A DNA stretch of 63,853 bases, the filler included, from Choristocarpus tenellus KU-1152 (Eukaryota; Protista; Phaeophyceae): NCBI GenBank assembly GCA_964200185.2. It is 9 parts of 9 records of this genome, joined end to end, with 100 filler letters (N's around TTAATTAATTAA, not from the genome) between each part and the next. Parts side by side here need not be neighbours in the genome. Positions count along the whole stretch, not along the records: positions 1 to 4,819 come from CAXNAD020012942.1; positions 4,920 to 16,005 come from CAXNAD020002517.1; 7 more parts are not named here. One strand, 5' to 3'. The position numbers and the translations under genes are program-made. The first letter of the stretch is position 1. Each line of letters starts with the position of its first letter. The notes beneath the pieces are model-generated. The model was not told the origin of the DNA. It saw only the letters and a program-made list of their open reading frames with translations, and ran no database searches. Positions 1 through 11,802 of the stretch are shown here, one piece after another.

Positions 1-296
1 CCCAGATACTTTGATCCAGCCTATACCCCCAACACTGCCAGCCTGTCTGGTGAAAAGCTGTGTGTGTGTGTGTGTGTGTGCTTTTCATGTGTAGTGCAGT
101 TGGTTGGTTGTAGTGTGACTGTGGTAATGGGTTTTTGTGTTGGGGTAACGGGATCACTCGAGAGGCGAAGGGGGTTCTCCTCTTAAACTCTGTTAGTAAA
201 GCATCAAAGATGTGGAAGCGAGTACATAACATGTGACAGAACAATTTTTTTGAATTTTTGAAGTTTGTGCGAATTCTAACCCTCTAATTCATGCAG

Positions 297-785
297 CAAT
301 GACTCTCATTGCGTGAATGAATCTGGTATTGAATCTGTCATTCTTGTTGTAATTGATACATATTTTTTTATATGAATAGACACCATGGCAATGACTCTCA
401 TTGTGTGAATGAATCTTGTATTGAATCTGTCATTCTTGTTGTAGTTCATGCAATGTTTTTAATATTAATAGATGTGGCAATGACTCTCATCGCGTGAATG
501 AATCTTAGACTGAATCTTTCTTTCTTGTTGTAATTGATACATATTTTTTATATGAATAGACACCATGGCAATGACTCTCATTGTGTGAATGAATCTTAGA
601 TTGAATCTGTCGTTCTTGTTGTAATTGATACATATTTTTATATGAATAGACACCATGGCAATGACTCTCATCACGTGAATGAATGCTAGGTTGAATCTGT
701 CATTCTTTATTTAATCTCATACATTTTATATTATTAGATGTCACAATGGCACTCATCATGAAAGTGAATCTCACATTCAAACTGT
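297..785. repeat. Minisatellite, ~90-bp unit, ~5 degenerate copies
   Basis: Unit CAATGACTCTCATTGTGTGAATGAATC...GAATAGACACCATGG recurs at ~297, 389, 478, 569 and 659, with a degenerate copy near 745. Confidence 0.9.
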
Positions 786-815
786 GTTTCTTTGTTTTTT
801 TGTGTTGCGACTCAG

Positions 816-2224
816 AATAGAGGCGGTGCCCTGGTCGCCAATGATGACAGGGGCAGTGATAGTTCAAGCACAACCTCCACCAGTACTTCGGTACAAGCAC
901 CAACCAATGGAAGCAGAGTAAACAGCATTGGGGCAGGGGGGGCGGGGGGGGCGGAAGGACAGTGTAGAAAACGACTCAAGGTCGGGTTTGCAGCTGAGAA
1001 TCAGGCGTCTGCTCGGCGCTCTGCGGGGCTTATGGATGAAGATGGGGATGCAGATGGGGATGCCAAGGTCAAGAGTGTTGAGGAAGAGGCAGCTGAGGCA
1101 ATCAATGAGTGGAGGAGGGCCAAGGTAAGCAATGAGGACAGTGGGTGGTGCATGTTTCGGAGGTGTTTTTTGCATGAGACCTACTATGTTTTCGGAACGA
1201 TGGTTGGAGGTAATGAATTAGTCTTTCTTGGGTAGATTTTTTTTCTGTGTTTCATGTAGGGTTGCGTCCAATGTACAGAATGGTTCTCATGGCCTTTGGG
1301 CGCTGTCCTGGGTGTCGTGATATTGGCTGTGCTGGTTGTGTTCTAACGAATTGGTCGAGGTTTGAATTGTCTGTGTTGCATTGTCAGTACCTCCCCCACC
1401 GTGTAGCCAACATACCTTTGATGGTGGGTTAAGGTAGGTGCATTCATAGTATGAGGTTACAGAGAGAGTATGTGTAGTAGTATTGTGAGAAAACATCCAA
1501 GAAAATGCTAGGAATTTAAGAGCTTGAAGACCTTGATAAGAGGTACAACCAATAAGAGGTACAGCCAGGCGTTTATTCGTTTTGGTTCCAGTCAACATCA
1601 CTTCCATCACCAATGTCCAGTGGGGCCTCAACCATTTGGACAGGACAGAACATGGTTAGAAACAAAACAGATGGAAGATGCCAAGAAATTTCCAGAAGAA
1701 TGCATCCAGCAAAACCAGCAGTAAGCACCATTGATAGCAAGGATAGATGCCATTGATATTAAGATATTAATGCTTAGAAGTGTTTCAGGTCCCAATATTT
1801 ATAGGGTGGTGCATATCGGTCCTGTTCCCATAATCAAGTCAAGATAATAATGATCACTATTATTAATAATATTATTATTGTTAATTGTTGTTGTAAGTAG
1901 TATGTGTGCACCACTGAAGTCTATGTAAAGTATACGTAACCCTAACCCATGGGCTTGGATAGCTCTACTATTGCATCGTGTTAGAGAGCAATAAATATGT
2001 GCCTTGACAAGTACTCGTTTCGATGAAAGGGTGATGAAAGCCTTTCCTTGTTTTAGAAACCCTTGTTATGCCTGCAGAAGTGGGTAATTCATGCATTCGT
2101 TGTTGAGATTTGTTTAGGAGTGCATCGCCTGTGAGTTGTTAAGAGTGTTGCACCACTAGCACAGCGTAGGATTGTAATAGTCCATTTATGACAGTCTATA
2201 AAGAGTAACATATGGAGAGAGGCA

Positions 2225-2273
<49 letters not shown>

Positions 2274-2379
2274 AAGGATAGGGAATAATATTATTGTGGG
2301 GGGGATGCACAAAGAGTGGTTTTTTTTAACAAANNNNNNNNNNGAAGGTGAGAGTAAGAGTATGAGAGAAAAAGAAAAG

Positions 2380-2425
<46 letters not shown>

Positions 2426-4165
2426 GGGTGGGAGGGGAAGGGGGTGTGATGTCTTAACTGTACAGCAATTCATCTATATGGTGAGAGCTCCAAACGTTGG
2501 TTCTCGTATCACCAAGAATCTTATACAGCTCGACTTTGTGTTTGAGGAACTTGTAAGTGTTTTAACTCTTTTGTTCTCACCGTTGTGAATGTGATTGATT
2601 ATATGTCACGATCTGCACCATATACTATTGTGGTTAGGTTTAGGGTTAGGGTGTACAGGCTGAGGGAACAAAAAACGGTTTTCGATACATTTCTTGAATA
2701 AAATCACACATTGTTGTCTAATGTTTCCACTTGTGAAATGTGAACTAGAGTTGAAGTATCTTGGAGAGCAGAGCCGCGTCCGTTTGGGGGCCAAAATCCA
2801 ATGTTGCGGATTTTGATGTAATTTTGGCTATCGTGTTTGTTAGGAACTGTCAATATCCTCGTTCTGGACACACCTTTCATGACGTAAACATTTTACTGAC
2901 TCTGAAATGTTTTGGAGTAGGTAAAATGCCATTTAAAAAAATCGTGAGAATTCAAGCCCCAAACGGAAAAACAGCGCAAAACTCGTACCCTAACCCTAAG
3001 ATACTTCCACTCATAAATTCTCAACAGTCTTACCTCGAGTCAACCAAAGATACTTGGTTGAAAAATCTAATCTTAATCCTGAAATAGATTAGATTGTGCA
3101 CATGAAAATATTGAAACATTGTTTTTCTTTTTTTGGAGAAACTTCTTGGAACCTTGTTTTATGGTACTGCTACTAGTAGTTATCTTTGTGTTGTGTATAC
3201 GGTTTCTCTGCATTGGGTAGGCGTTCCCATTCCTATCATGCCAGTCGTGTTGACCCACAAAGAGCCCACAGGCTGTGAACTTATACCCCCTTATTCATTG
3301 GTTTATCCTTGCTTGTTTCCATTTTCAAGAGGTCTTGATCTAATCCATACCAGTAGAACATAAGACTACCAGAGCTGTGCAGTAGAAGAGCTCGAGCAAT
3401 AAGCAATACTACCCTAACCCTAACCCCGAGTCGATGATCGAGCATGACTCCTTACAATACATTTGCCGGGCACATCTTCCCCTCTCTCTATCTCTCTCTC
3501 TTTTGAGACGCTCCAATTGCAACTCAGACCTAAAGACTTTGGCTGGCTAACTCTCAAGTCCCACTATCACCTCCCCGCTGCAATAGCTACAGGTGTCCCT
3601 CACGTACCAGGATTCCAAGACAGCCTCAGGCACCTCCCTCCTAAACTTCTGGAGAGATGATGGAGAAAGTCGCTTCCCACTCATGGCGCGTGTGGCCCAG
3701 GCCGTCCTCGGGGCGCCCACCTCGTCTGCTGTCATCAGAGGAAGGCGTTCCCTGTCCGCCACCAAGAGGGACTTTGGGATGAGGGCAGGAGAGGCTGCTC
3801 ACGGACCCAGGAGAGTTTGTTGCCAGCCTGGGGGGGGAGGGAGGAAGGGGGGGCGGTGGCAGTTACACAGGAAGTACCCAGTGCCTGAGATGGAGATGCT
3901 GCTGCTCTTGAGAAGTTGCTACGAGGATATTCCGGCATCAATTCCAGAACTCAAGGATGTGGATGCTGCACAAGCTGTTCCCAAACGCTTACGAGACCTT
4001 GTTAAGGTTAGGGAGGTTTGGGCCCTGGAGCCAGCTGACCCTGCTTGTCACCTTCCTCATCACCTTTGGTGGACTGAGGGACGAACCGCTGCAGGTTCTG
4101 GTGCCAGTGTGGGTGAAGGATTGAAGAGGAAAGTGAGGGATAGGGGTCTGTTGAGTAATGGATGA
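816..4165 (+). CDS. 3' part of an intron-containing hAT-family transposase-like gene (C-terminal dimerisation domain); exons ~816-1124 and 3593-4165
   Basis: Phase-0 donor AAG|GTAAGC at 1124 and acceptor CTACAG|GTG at 3593 give ...EAINEWRRAKVSLTYQ...LLNFWRDDGESRFPLMARVAQAVLGAPTSSAVI..RDFG..EMLLLLRS, matching the hAT motif L.FW...FP.LA..A...L..P.SSA..ER.FS. Confidence 0.7.
2752..3008 (+). mobile_element. MITE type A (~255 bp; TIR CAAAGTATCTTAGAGGGTA), degenerate full copy
   Basis: Shares GAGCCGCGTCCGTTTGGGG...GGAAGTGTCAATATCC...ACACCTTT with five other copies; degenerate inverted termini. Confidence 0.8.
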
Positions 4166-4819
4166 GAAGGAGGGGTGCTGCTCCCATTGAGAGAGTTAGG
4201 GGAGAGGTCGCAGGGTTAAGGATTCCTGTTGAGTAAATGTGACTCTGGGACTGATCTTTGCGGTGGAAGTTTTGTGTTTTTCTGCCAAGTGTTGGGTGTT
4301 TCTCTGTATAGATTGGGGCATATTGTGGAGGGTGAAGATTAAGAGATTGGTATTTGGTGGGAGGGGGGAGAGGCGCTTTGTTTTATGATATCTGACTGTG
4401 CACTTTGTCTATGGATTTGATATGTACCCTATCCTTATTTTTGTTTCTTCGTGGAGGTCGCCACATCCCCCCCTGGGGTGGTCATTGGCTTGTAGGCTTG
4501 TCACTATTGCAGGGGTTGCATGAAGTCACTTAGGATGGGCTTGGTGATCTACTCTTAGCCAGTCTCAACTAAGGAGTGGGCACTGTAATGATGCTGTACA
4601 CTGTAACACTATCATCATAGTAGCAGTCCTAGATTATATATTATGTTCTATACCACTTAAAATAGTTAAATATATAGCTCCATTTACCAAGAGCCAAGTA
4701 TCTTGATTTATCCCAGCATACATATCCCAAGTGCATAAGGAACATGCTCTGGGTCAAAGTATCTGGGGGGGGGGTATCGGAGTCCGTTTTTCACCCTTTT
4801 TTCGATTTTCACTTTTTTG

Positions 4820-4919
4820 NNNNNNNNNNNNNNNNNNNNNNNNNNNNNNNNNNNNNNNNNNNNTTAATTAATTAANNNNNNNNNNNNNNNNNNNNNNNNN
4901 NNNNNNNNNNNNNNNNNNN
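4820..4919. other. Artificial contig linker N44-TTAATTAATTAA-N44 (also 16006-16105, 33429-33528, 36730-36829, 43675-43774, 48385-48484, 58382-58481, 61045-61144)
   Basis: Identical 100-bp spacer with six-frame stop codons. Confidence 0.97.
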
Positions 4920-5085
4920 TTGGTGGTGGGGGAGGGGGGTCTACACCAGGGTGTCCATTTCGATCAAAATCTGAAAAAGTGGATTTACATTATCCATCCG
5001 ACGTATGCAATCAAATCACCCAAAAATCGCGATATAAAAGAATTGACCCCAAATGGACAGCCGCCACCCCCCCACAGATCCTTTC
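4920..5085 (-). mobile_element. MITE type B (~180 bp; TIR CAAAGTATCTGRGRGGGG); other pieces at 1-13, 4755-4819, 33360-33428, 33529-33611, 43775-43823, 48485-48570, 63789-63853
   Basis: Reverse complement of the near-complete copy at 56956-57136; same terminal motif as type A. Confidence 0.75.
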
Positions 5086-5485
5086 AGGCAGATGCTTTGA
5101 CACATCGTTTCCGGGCGAGATCGGAGCTTGCAGAAGTTATGTTACATTTAATTCAGAATGGAGAGGGGAAGTATTTAATCGAATCGGACTAATTCAATCG
5201 CTACGATTCACAACAATACAGAATTGGGATATATGATGCAGGCTGGATAAGCAGTAGATTATGTCGTCCTTGATATAAGCATTACCAAAAGTTCGCAACA
5301 GTAAGAGAATTGACGGAGTAGGTAGGGCACATCATATTATGGCGAAGAGCGGGATAATCCATTAAGGTCATAACAGGGGGAGGACTCGGTGGGATGATAG
5401 CATGTGTACATACGTGTGTGTATGTGTGTGTGTGTTTATGGTTCCGCTAAGTGAGCAGTAGTAATCCGTGCCCCTCCTCTTGCTA

Positions 5486-5523
<38 letters not shown>

Positions 5524-6127
5524 AGAGAGAGCTGTCCAACTTGGGTACCCAATTACTACAAGAATTCAACAATGTACAACTTTGATGCCACGAGTACCTG
5601 AGGTATTTTCGAGTTGAACCAGGGGTTCCTAGTGGCTGTGTATAGATTTAGGAGAATACATATACATAGTATGCCACGGTATTTTCAAATATGTTATTAA
5701 TGAAAGGACGAGAGACAGTGAAAGTAGTGCCAATGTACAAGGAACATGGAAACGTGAAGGACGAGGCAATGTTTGACTAGGGGCAGTTCCATAAATTGAA
5801 GTTAGCCTCAGAGCTATCAAAAGTGTAGTACATATCTCACTCATTCGACCCACATAATTGCTTCGCCATTATTTTACTTCTCAGACAACTTACAGGCCGC
5901 TGTCACCTTCACCAGAAGAAAACACGCGTGCTGAGTGACACAATCCTTCTGTTAGAGCAATCAATAAAGACTAGTCAATAACAGACCACACGAAGTTGCT
6001 GATGTCCATCATGCGTGAACACTGTTTAAGCACTGAGTTGATCCCTGTCTAGTTACAGTGGGGGACTGCGGAGCTGAGGATGCAGGTATGCCACGGACAA
6101 CTCCAATATATAACTCATCGGATTAAC

Positions 6128-8150
6128 CAGGGGGAAGAGTGGCCCCGGCGACTCTCCTTGTCTCACCGTCATGGTTCTTGTTTTTGTGTAAGTCACGTGT
6201 GTGTGTCCTCACAGAGAGTCTTCAAAAGGCGTTAAAAAATATGTCCGCAAATCTTGCTTCTTTTTTTCGGTATCGCCACAACGGTCAAACATGGGCAGCG
6301 ACCTACCCCGGACCAGGTGTTTACAAGGAGTTCCGCCAACCACTTCAGTTTTGTCCGTTTTGAACTCTTCACCTGCAAAATTGTGTAGGAGATATTCCCC
6401 CACGTTTTTCTATTTTTTGATCGGGAAACAGGTCCCGTTTCCCCAAGCCTGGACATTTGTGGATAAAAACCGTCAAAACCTCTTGTCATGCCTTTTCATT
6501 TGGTATGCATATTGTTGTATATCTTTGGTGTGCGCATGGTGAAGAAATTCAAGATTGCCACAGAGAGCGAAGCTACTGGTACCACCTTACAGTGGTACCA
6601 ATAGTATATGCGTCTGGGGTTGTCCAGTCATAACGTTTGATGTAGACATCGAATTTGGGAAATAAAAGCATATTCGTGATGCCCGTCACAATACCCTCCA
6701 GAGTACGGGCTTCGTTTTTTCCGTCATTTTTTTCTGTTTTTGAAGAAAGATCAGTCATATTGGGGTTCGGACCCTGGATTGTAGGTCGCCAAGAGTGGAA
6801 ACACATACACTATTACTTTATTTAAGTATAGGGTTTAGTCGGGAAGAAAACGTCCCCACCCTTTATTCCCGACTAAACGTGTTCGCGCACCCACTCTTTG
6901 ACCTCGGCATGGATGTCCTCGTCGAGGCCAAGAACGAAACGCCTTTCGTCGCGCCCTTGCTCCGACACCTTGATGTGGCCCTTAGTTAGGAAGTCTCTTT
7001 CCCATTTACTCACAGTTTCCGAGATGACCATCGCATATCCTGCTTGCCATCTCGAGCGCCATTTGATGGTCTTTCCCGCCGTTCATACACAGGTACAGGA
7101 TTCGCAGTGTTAAAACCTTTACTATCACATGTTCTTGTTTAGTGGCGGAGATGGGTTACGTTCCTTCGGGCTTCAGAACCCTTCTAGCCCAACCCTAACA
7201 TCTTCTTTCTCGTTTCCTAAGCCATTCTGGCTCACATAGATACCAAACAGCTAGGGTCTGCTGTAACTGTCGACTACTATGATATTCTACACTCGGGTTT
7301 TCGCTTAGGCGTCTCCTGAGCGCAATGGCAAGCAGTCGCATTGCTCTCCTCCCCAACCTTCCCTTCGCCCGGTCACTCTGGTTCTCCCTTCCCCCTCCGT
7401 GACCAGGCTTCCCCACTGACTTCGTCAATGTACCACACCTCGCGATAGACTTGCTGCTCTCTTCCTGCTTCCCGAGGCGGCAGAGACTGCAGAGCAGTGA
7501 TCGGACGTGGTTGAAGATCCAACCACGTTTGTGTGGTAATACTTTCAATGTATTTTCTCTCAGCGTCAGTGTTGCGGCCCCATGATCCATTTCGCAACTT
7601 GATCATGCCGCTGCGCCACACTTCTTGCACTTTCCCGTCACCTAACATCGCACTTAGTGTCACACGGTACTTGCATTTCCGCCGTCTCTGGACAGAGAAG
7701 GTGCCAAGGGTAGATCCAGGGGGAAGAGTGGCCCCGGCGACTCTCCTTGTCTCACCGTCGTGGTTCTTGTTTTTGTGTAAGTCACGTATGTGTGTCCTCA
7801 CAGAGAGTCTTCAAAAGGCGTTAAAAAAGATGTCCGCAAATCTTGCTTCTTTTTTTCAGTATTGCCTCAAGTACCATATCTAGGAAGGGACCTACCCCGG
7901 ATCAGTTTTTTGCAGGGAATTCAGCTAATCACTCCATTTTTGTACCTTTTGGGGTTGCGACCATCGAAATTGCGTGGGAGATATTCCCCCGCGTTTTTCC
8001 ATTCTTTGATTGGGGCATACTTCCCTTCAGTGGAGTAAGCACATTCCTGCATACAAATTTTCAACATCTCTTCGCTTAAGCTTTCATTTGATATGTATGT
8101 TATTGTATACTTGTTGTGGAAAGACTGAAAAAAAGCAAGATTGCTCCAGG
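6128..8150 (-). mobile_element. Degenerate DNA-transposon region: two ~430-bp direct repeats (6128-6560, 7717-8150) enclosing a frameshifted Tc1/mariner-like transposase N-terminal fragment (~6860-7090)
   Basis: The repeats start with near-identical CCAGGGGGAAGAGTGGCCCCGGCGACTCTCC. Minus-strand translation ...ALEMASRIC/VISETVSKWERDFLTKGHIKVSEQGRDERRFVLGLDEDIHAEVKEWVREH resembles, by eye, the HTH region of a DDE transposase family. Confidence 0.4.
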
Positions 8151-10855
8151 ACGCTAAGGTATTGGTATCACTTCTAGTATGATAAAAATCCTTGTACTGT
8201 TCACAATAATCTGTTTCGGCACGCTCCAGAACTCACCTCGACAGGATGTAGAACTCAAATCCAGCGATCTTAAAACGACGCTATAGGGGAGTTGTCCTTG
8301 GTAACAGTTTTTTTGGAGTGTCAGACAGCCTTCTCTCGATACTCCACTCAGTGCGTAGCTCAAAGCTCAACTCAATGTTTCGTTCAAGATCAAAGACTGT
8401 TTTAAAAGGGGTAATGGAATGCTGACCAAAAACCCTTTTATTATTTTAATCATCCACCCATTTTCTTTGTGCTCCTATGGTAAAATATATCTGCGACTTC
8501 TAGGGACTTGACGTTTCTTTTCTGTAAGGTTAAATATGCATTATTGAATCTTACTCTGCATCTTCTAAGGAATCAGCATTTATTCTGTAAGGCTACCTAT
8601 GTGCTACTAATATCTCGTATACCGTTCGTGCTTGTTAGAACACAAGAAGAAATGCTCGCGCTATTCACCTGTAACATGCACCCCAGTGTGAACTCGCAAT
8701 ACTTGTTTCACGCTTACCACATGTGATTGTCACCGATGAAGACAATAGATATCATTAATCACCTCAGATCATCCTATGGCAAGGAGAAAGAGAGGAAAAA
8801 AAGTCCTACTAAGTCCAAAACATGTATCTTTAACTTACTTGGGGAAATATGTCTGCATCTAGCCTAATCTGAGTGTACATTTACTCTTTCTAAAGTACAG
8901 CTTCCCAAAGGTGCCAAGTATCATTTGATTATTGCCTGCTCATGCCCCCCCAGCACAAAGCATACTGACGACTACTAGTGTAAAACAGGCAATAAGATCA
9001 ATGTCGGCGCCAACAAAAAAATGAAAATAAAAAAAGAAAGAAAGGAGACAAGGGACAGAAAAGAAAGAACTGAAGAAATGTAGAGCAAAGTAAGCATGTA
9101 AGGGGATACCTGTTCCGACAGAAAAGGAAAGAGAAGAGAAGAAAAGAAAAATAACGAAGTAAAAATAAGAGGAGAAATAAAAATAAAACACCCTATACAA
9201 ATCACTGGCTGACATGGGTTACTTCATGTTTCTGACTTCTGTTGCCTTACGTTTAATGCTGGGACTAGGACTATCAACGTTTGATTCCTGTGTTCTTACA
9301 TGAGTCGGTTGGTCCCCACGTATCTTGTCTTCTGGATCTGCAGTGGTTACCTGTTGGATCATTCTTGGGAGAAGCGACTCATTTCGCTTTGTCAATTCCT
9401 CCCGATCTCCATCATTACACCGTACCCTCCAGTAAGGTGACTTGAAGTAAAAAACTGTACCTATGTACCACTTATCCCTTCCCTTCTCGTCTTTCCACGA
9501 CTTCTTGACAGTGGTACCTGTGGGGAAAAGGCATAATGCATCCTCTCGAGACAAGGGTTTTCCTTGACGAGAGGTATCAGTTGGACATGGACTCGTGTCT
9601 GGATTATAGAGGTCCCAGAGGGCATGGAAGACATCCAACTGTAGTGGGGTGAAGCTATCCATAGCTTCTTTTTCGGTTACCCAATCTGACAATTCTCCAT
9701 TCTGATACTTCCCCTTGTACTCCCAGTGCCATACATTGGATGACGACAATACTGCTGTTCTATCAATGAGGGTGTACATAGGGGTTGCTACGACAGATTG
9801 CTCTGTTAGACCTTGGTCCGATTCCCACACCAGTTGGGCGTATTCATCTTGGAAGCTACGTCTCGGATGGATGGGTCTTACGTGGAAGGTTTTCACATGA
9901 GAAGCACGAACAATGCGTGTGCGTGTTTGCCTACCCAGCAATTAGACTGTCATGCTACTACTCTGATGTGAAATTTCCTTTACAGTCCACGGTCCCGTCC
10001 ATCTTTCATGGACTAACTTTCTGCCCACTCTTGTCTCACCTAGGTTTCCCCATGGATAGAGCTGTCAGCTTCTTTCACTAGAACTAGGTCACCTGGTTTG
10101 GATCCGAGTCCTGGGGAAGACCTAGCAATCAAAGTGTTGGCTCTCTCTCTGTATTTCTGTCTTGCAGACATCCAACTCTCCAGGACTTCTCGTACCTCCC
10201 TGAAGTTCTGTCTGTGTTGCTCAATAAAGGAATACAATCCTCCAACCTCTACGTCCCCATCCAAATTGAGTATGAGGGTGTCAAGCTGTGTGCGAGGATC
10301 AAGGCCAAACAAGACCCGAAAGGGAGTGGAGTTGAGGGAGTCAGGTGGATCTGGAGTAGTGCGTTGTGCCCAAGATGCCAGAGATACATACTCATCCCAT
10401 CTATCTGGCTACTTCACAAATAGTTCCGACAGGACTTTTAAAAGCAATCCTCCCATCGTCTCTACTCCCCCTTGTCCTCTCGAGTTGCCAGTGGGTCCAT
10501 AATTATAGGGACCTTTAGCCAACGACACAGGTGATTCACTATGTCTCCTGTCAACTCACCTCCTGTAAAACTACGAATTGATAGAGGGATCCTAAATGTA
10601 AGACATAGTTCCAACACCTTTGTTGCTACTCCAGTTTCCTCGTTCGACGCCATTGGGAATGCAAAAGGAATCTCGAAGCTCTATCAATCAAAATTAATAG
10701 ATACGTGTTGCCTTTTGCTGTGATGTGCCCCACATCTTGTAGATCCATCTCAAGTAGATCCCATGGTTCCAGGAACTTAGCTGGTAGCATTTCCACTTGT
10801 GCGCTCCTGGCCCTCTTTCGACAGCGACAGTCACAGGATAAAACATAATCCTGCG

Positions 10856-10972
10856 TCCGAAACATAAGTATTGACACTTCCTAACAAACACGATAGGCAA
10901 TATTACTTCAAAATCGGAACATTGAATTTTGATCCCCAGAATAAACCCACCTCCACCCTCTAAGATACTTTG
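10856..10972 (-). mobile_element. Truncated MITE type A inserted in the Gypsy integrase zinc-binding region
   Basis: Terminus CCCTCTAAGATACTTTG plus internal TATTGACACTTCCTAACAAACACGATA; interrupts the reading ..VIALVHL / QDYVLSC. Confidence 0.8.
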
Positions 10973-11047
10973 GTTCAGATGTACTAGTGCTATCACGTTT
11001 GACACTAGTGAACGAGGGACTGCTAGCCTACGTGCATACTCTCCAGG

Positions 11048-11802
11048 TGTTAAAATATAGGCTACTCATCTCTTTGTTCCTTGATACGATATAGTTCCAT
11101 TAGTCAACACTGACTGTTGATTGGTCTGTTCCGTTCTGGACGCTACTAGTTCATTATCACCACATCAATTACCATTAGAACACCGTAGTACAGAACAGTC
11201 GCTCTGTATTCCACACGAATAGTATAGTATAGTACACGTCACTTGAGTTGCATCTCATATTGGTTCAAAATTATTCTCTTGTTCTCTTGTTTGTTTTTCT
11301 TTCACTCTTTCTTCTTCTTATCAGCAGAAGATGACAGTTGTACGTTGATTGTTGATTATTTTTTCTTTCATGAGTGCCATTGATCCCTAATAATGCACCA
11401 AGCTCACTCTACAATGAGTGTACCAGCTACACGACTGGATGTAATATAATCAGAGCTAAAGCCATCCGCGGAAACCCTTGCCAGCCAAGGTAATCAGCCT
11501 CTCCACAGAGCATGTACTTCTTTTGTTGAGTGTCTCTTGAAAGAACACCGAAATTCACATCACATCATTCTGGATTGAGCAACCAAGAATACTGAATTCA
11601 CATCGCAGCATTCTTGACCGAGAGCTCAATGACCTCAGTTACAATAGTATAAACACATCGGTGCTTTGCTGCACAATCACATCTATCCATAACATAGACT
11701 ACGCATATTACTCATCGGTGCTTTGCAACACTATGATTCCTCATCGCTCGTAGTCTACGCATTTTGCTTACATGTACGATGCATTTGATCCAGGTTTCAA
11801 CA
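11048..11802. mobile_element. Solo LTR (755 bp) nested in Gypsy pol
   Basis: TGTT...AACA termini with a perfect 5-bp TSD CCAGG (11043-11047 and 11803-11807). Removing it restores pol YSLDEKELL*YTPGEYARRLAVPRSLVSNVIALVH. Confidence 0.85.

Noticed and set aside
2089-2473. Poly-Gly/poly-Pro ORFs and G-quadruplex tracts (also 36672-36729, 58342-58572)
   Set aside because: Homopolymer runs next to gaps; lengths unreliable and may be sequencing artefacts.
4864-4875. Recurrent TTAATTAATTAA as a biological motif
   Set aside because: Always centred in N runs; assembly linker.
6128-8150. Direct repeats as LTRs of a small retroelement
   Set aside because: No TG..CA ends, TSD, PBS or PPT seen, and the repeat overlaps an ORF-like region.
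8940-9215. Hydrophobic Phe-rich ORFs as an env-like membrane protein
   Set aside because: Explained by T-rich composition of the retroelement 3' untranslated region.
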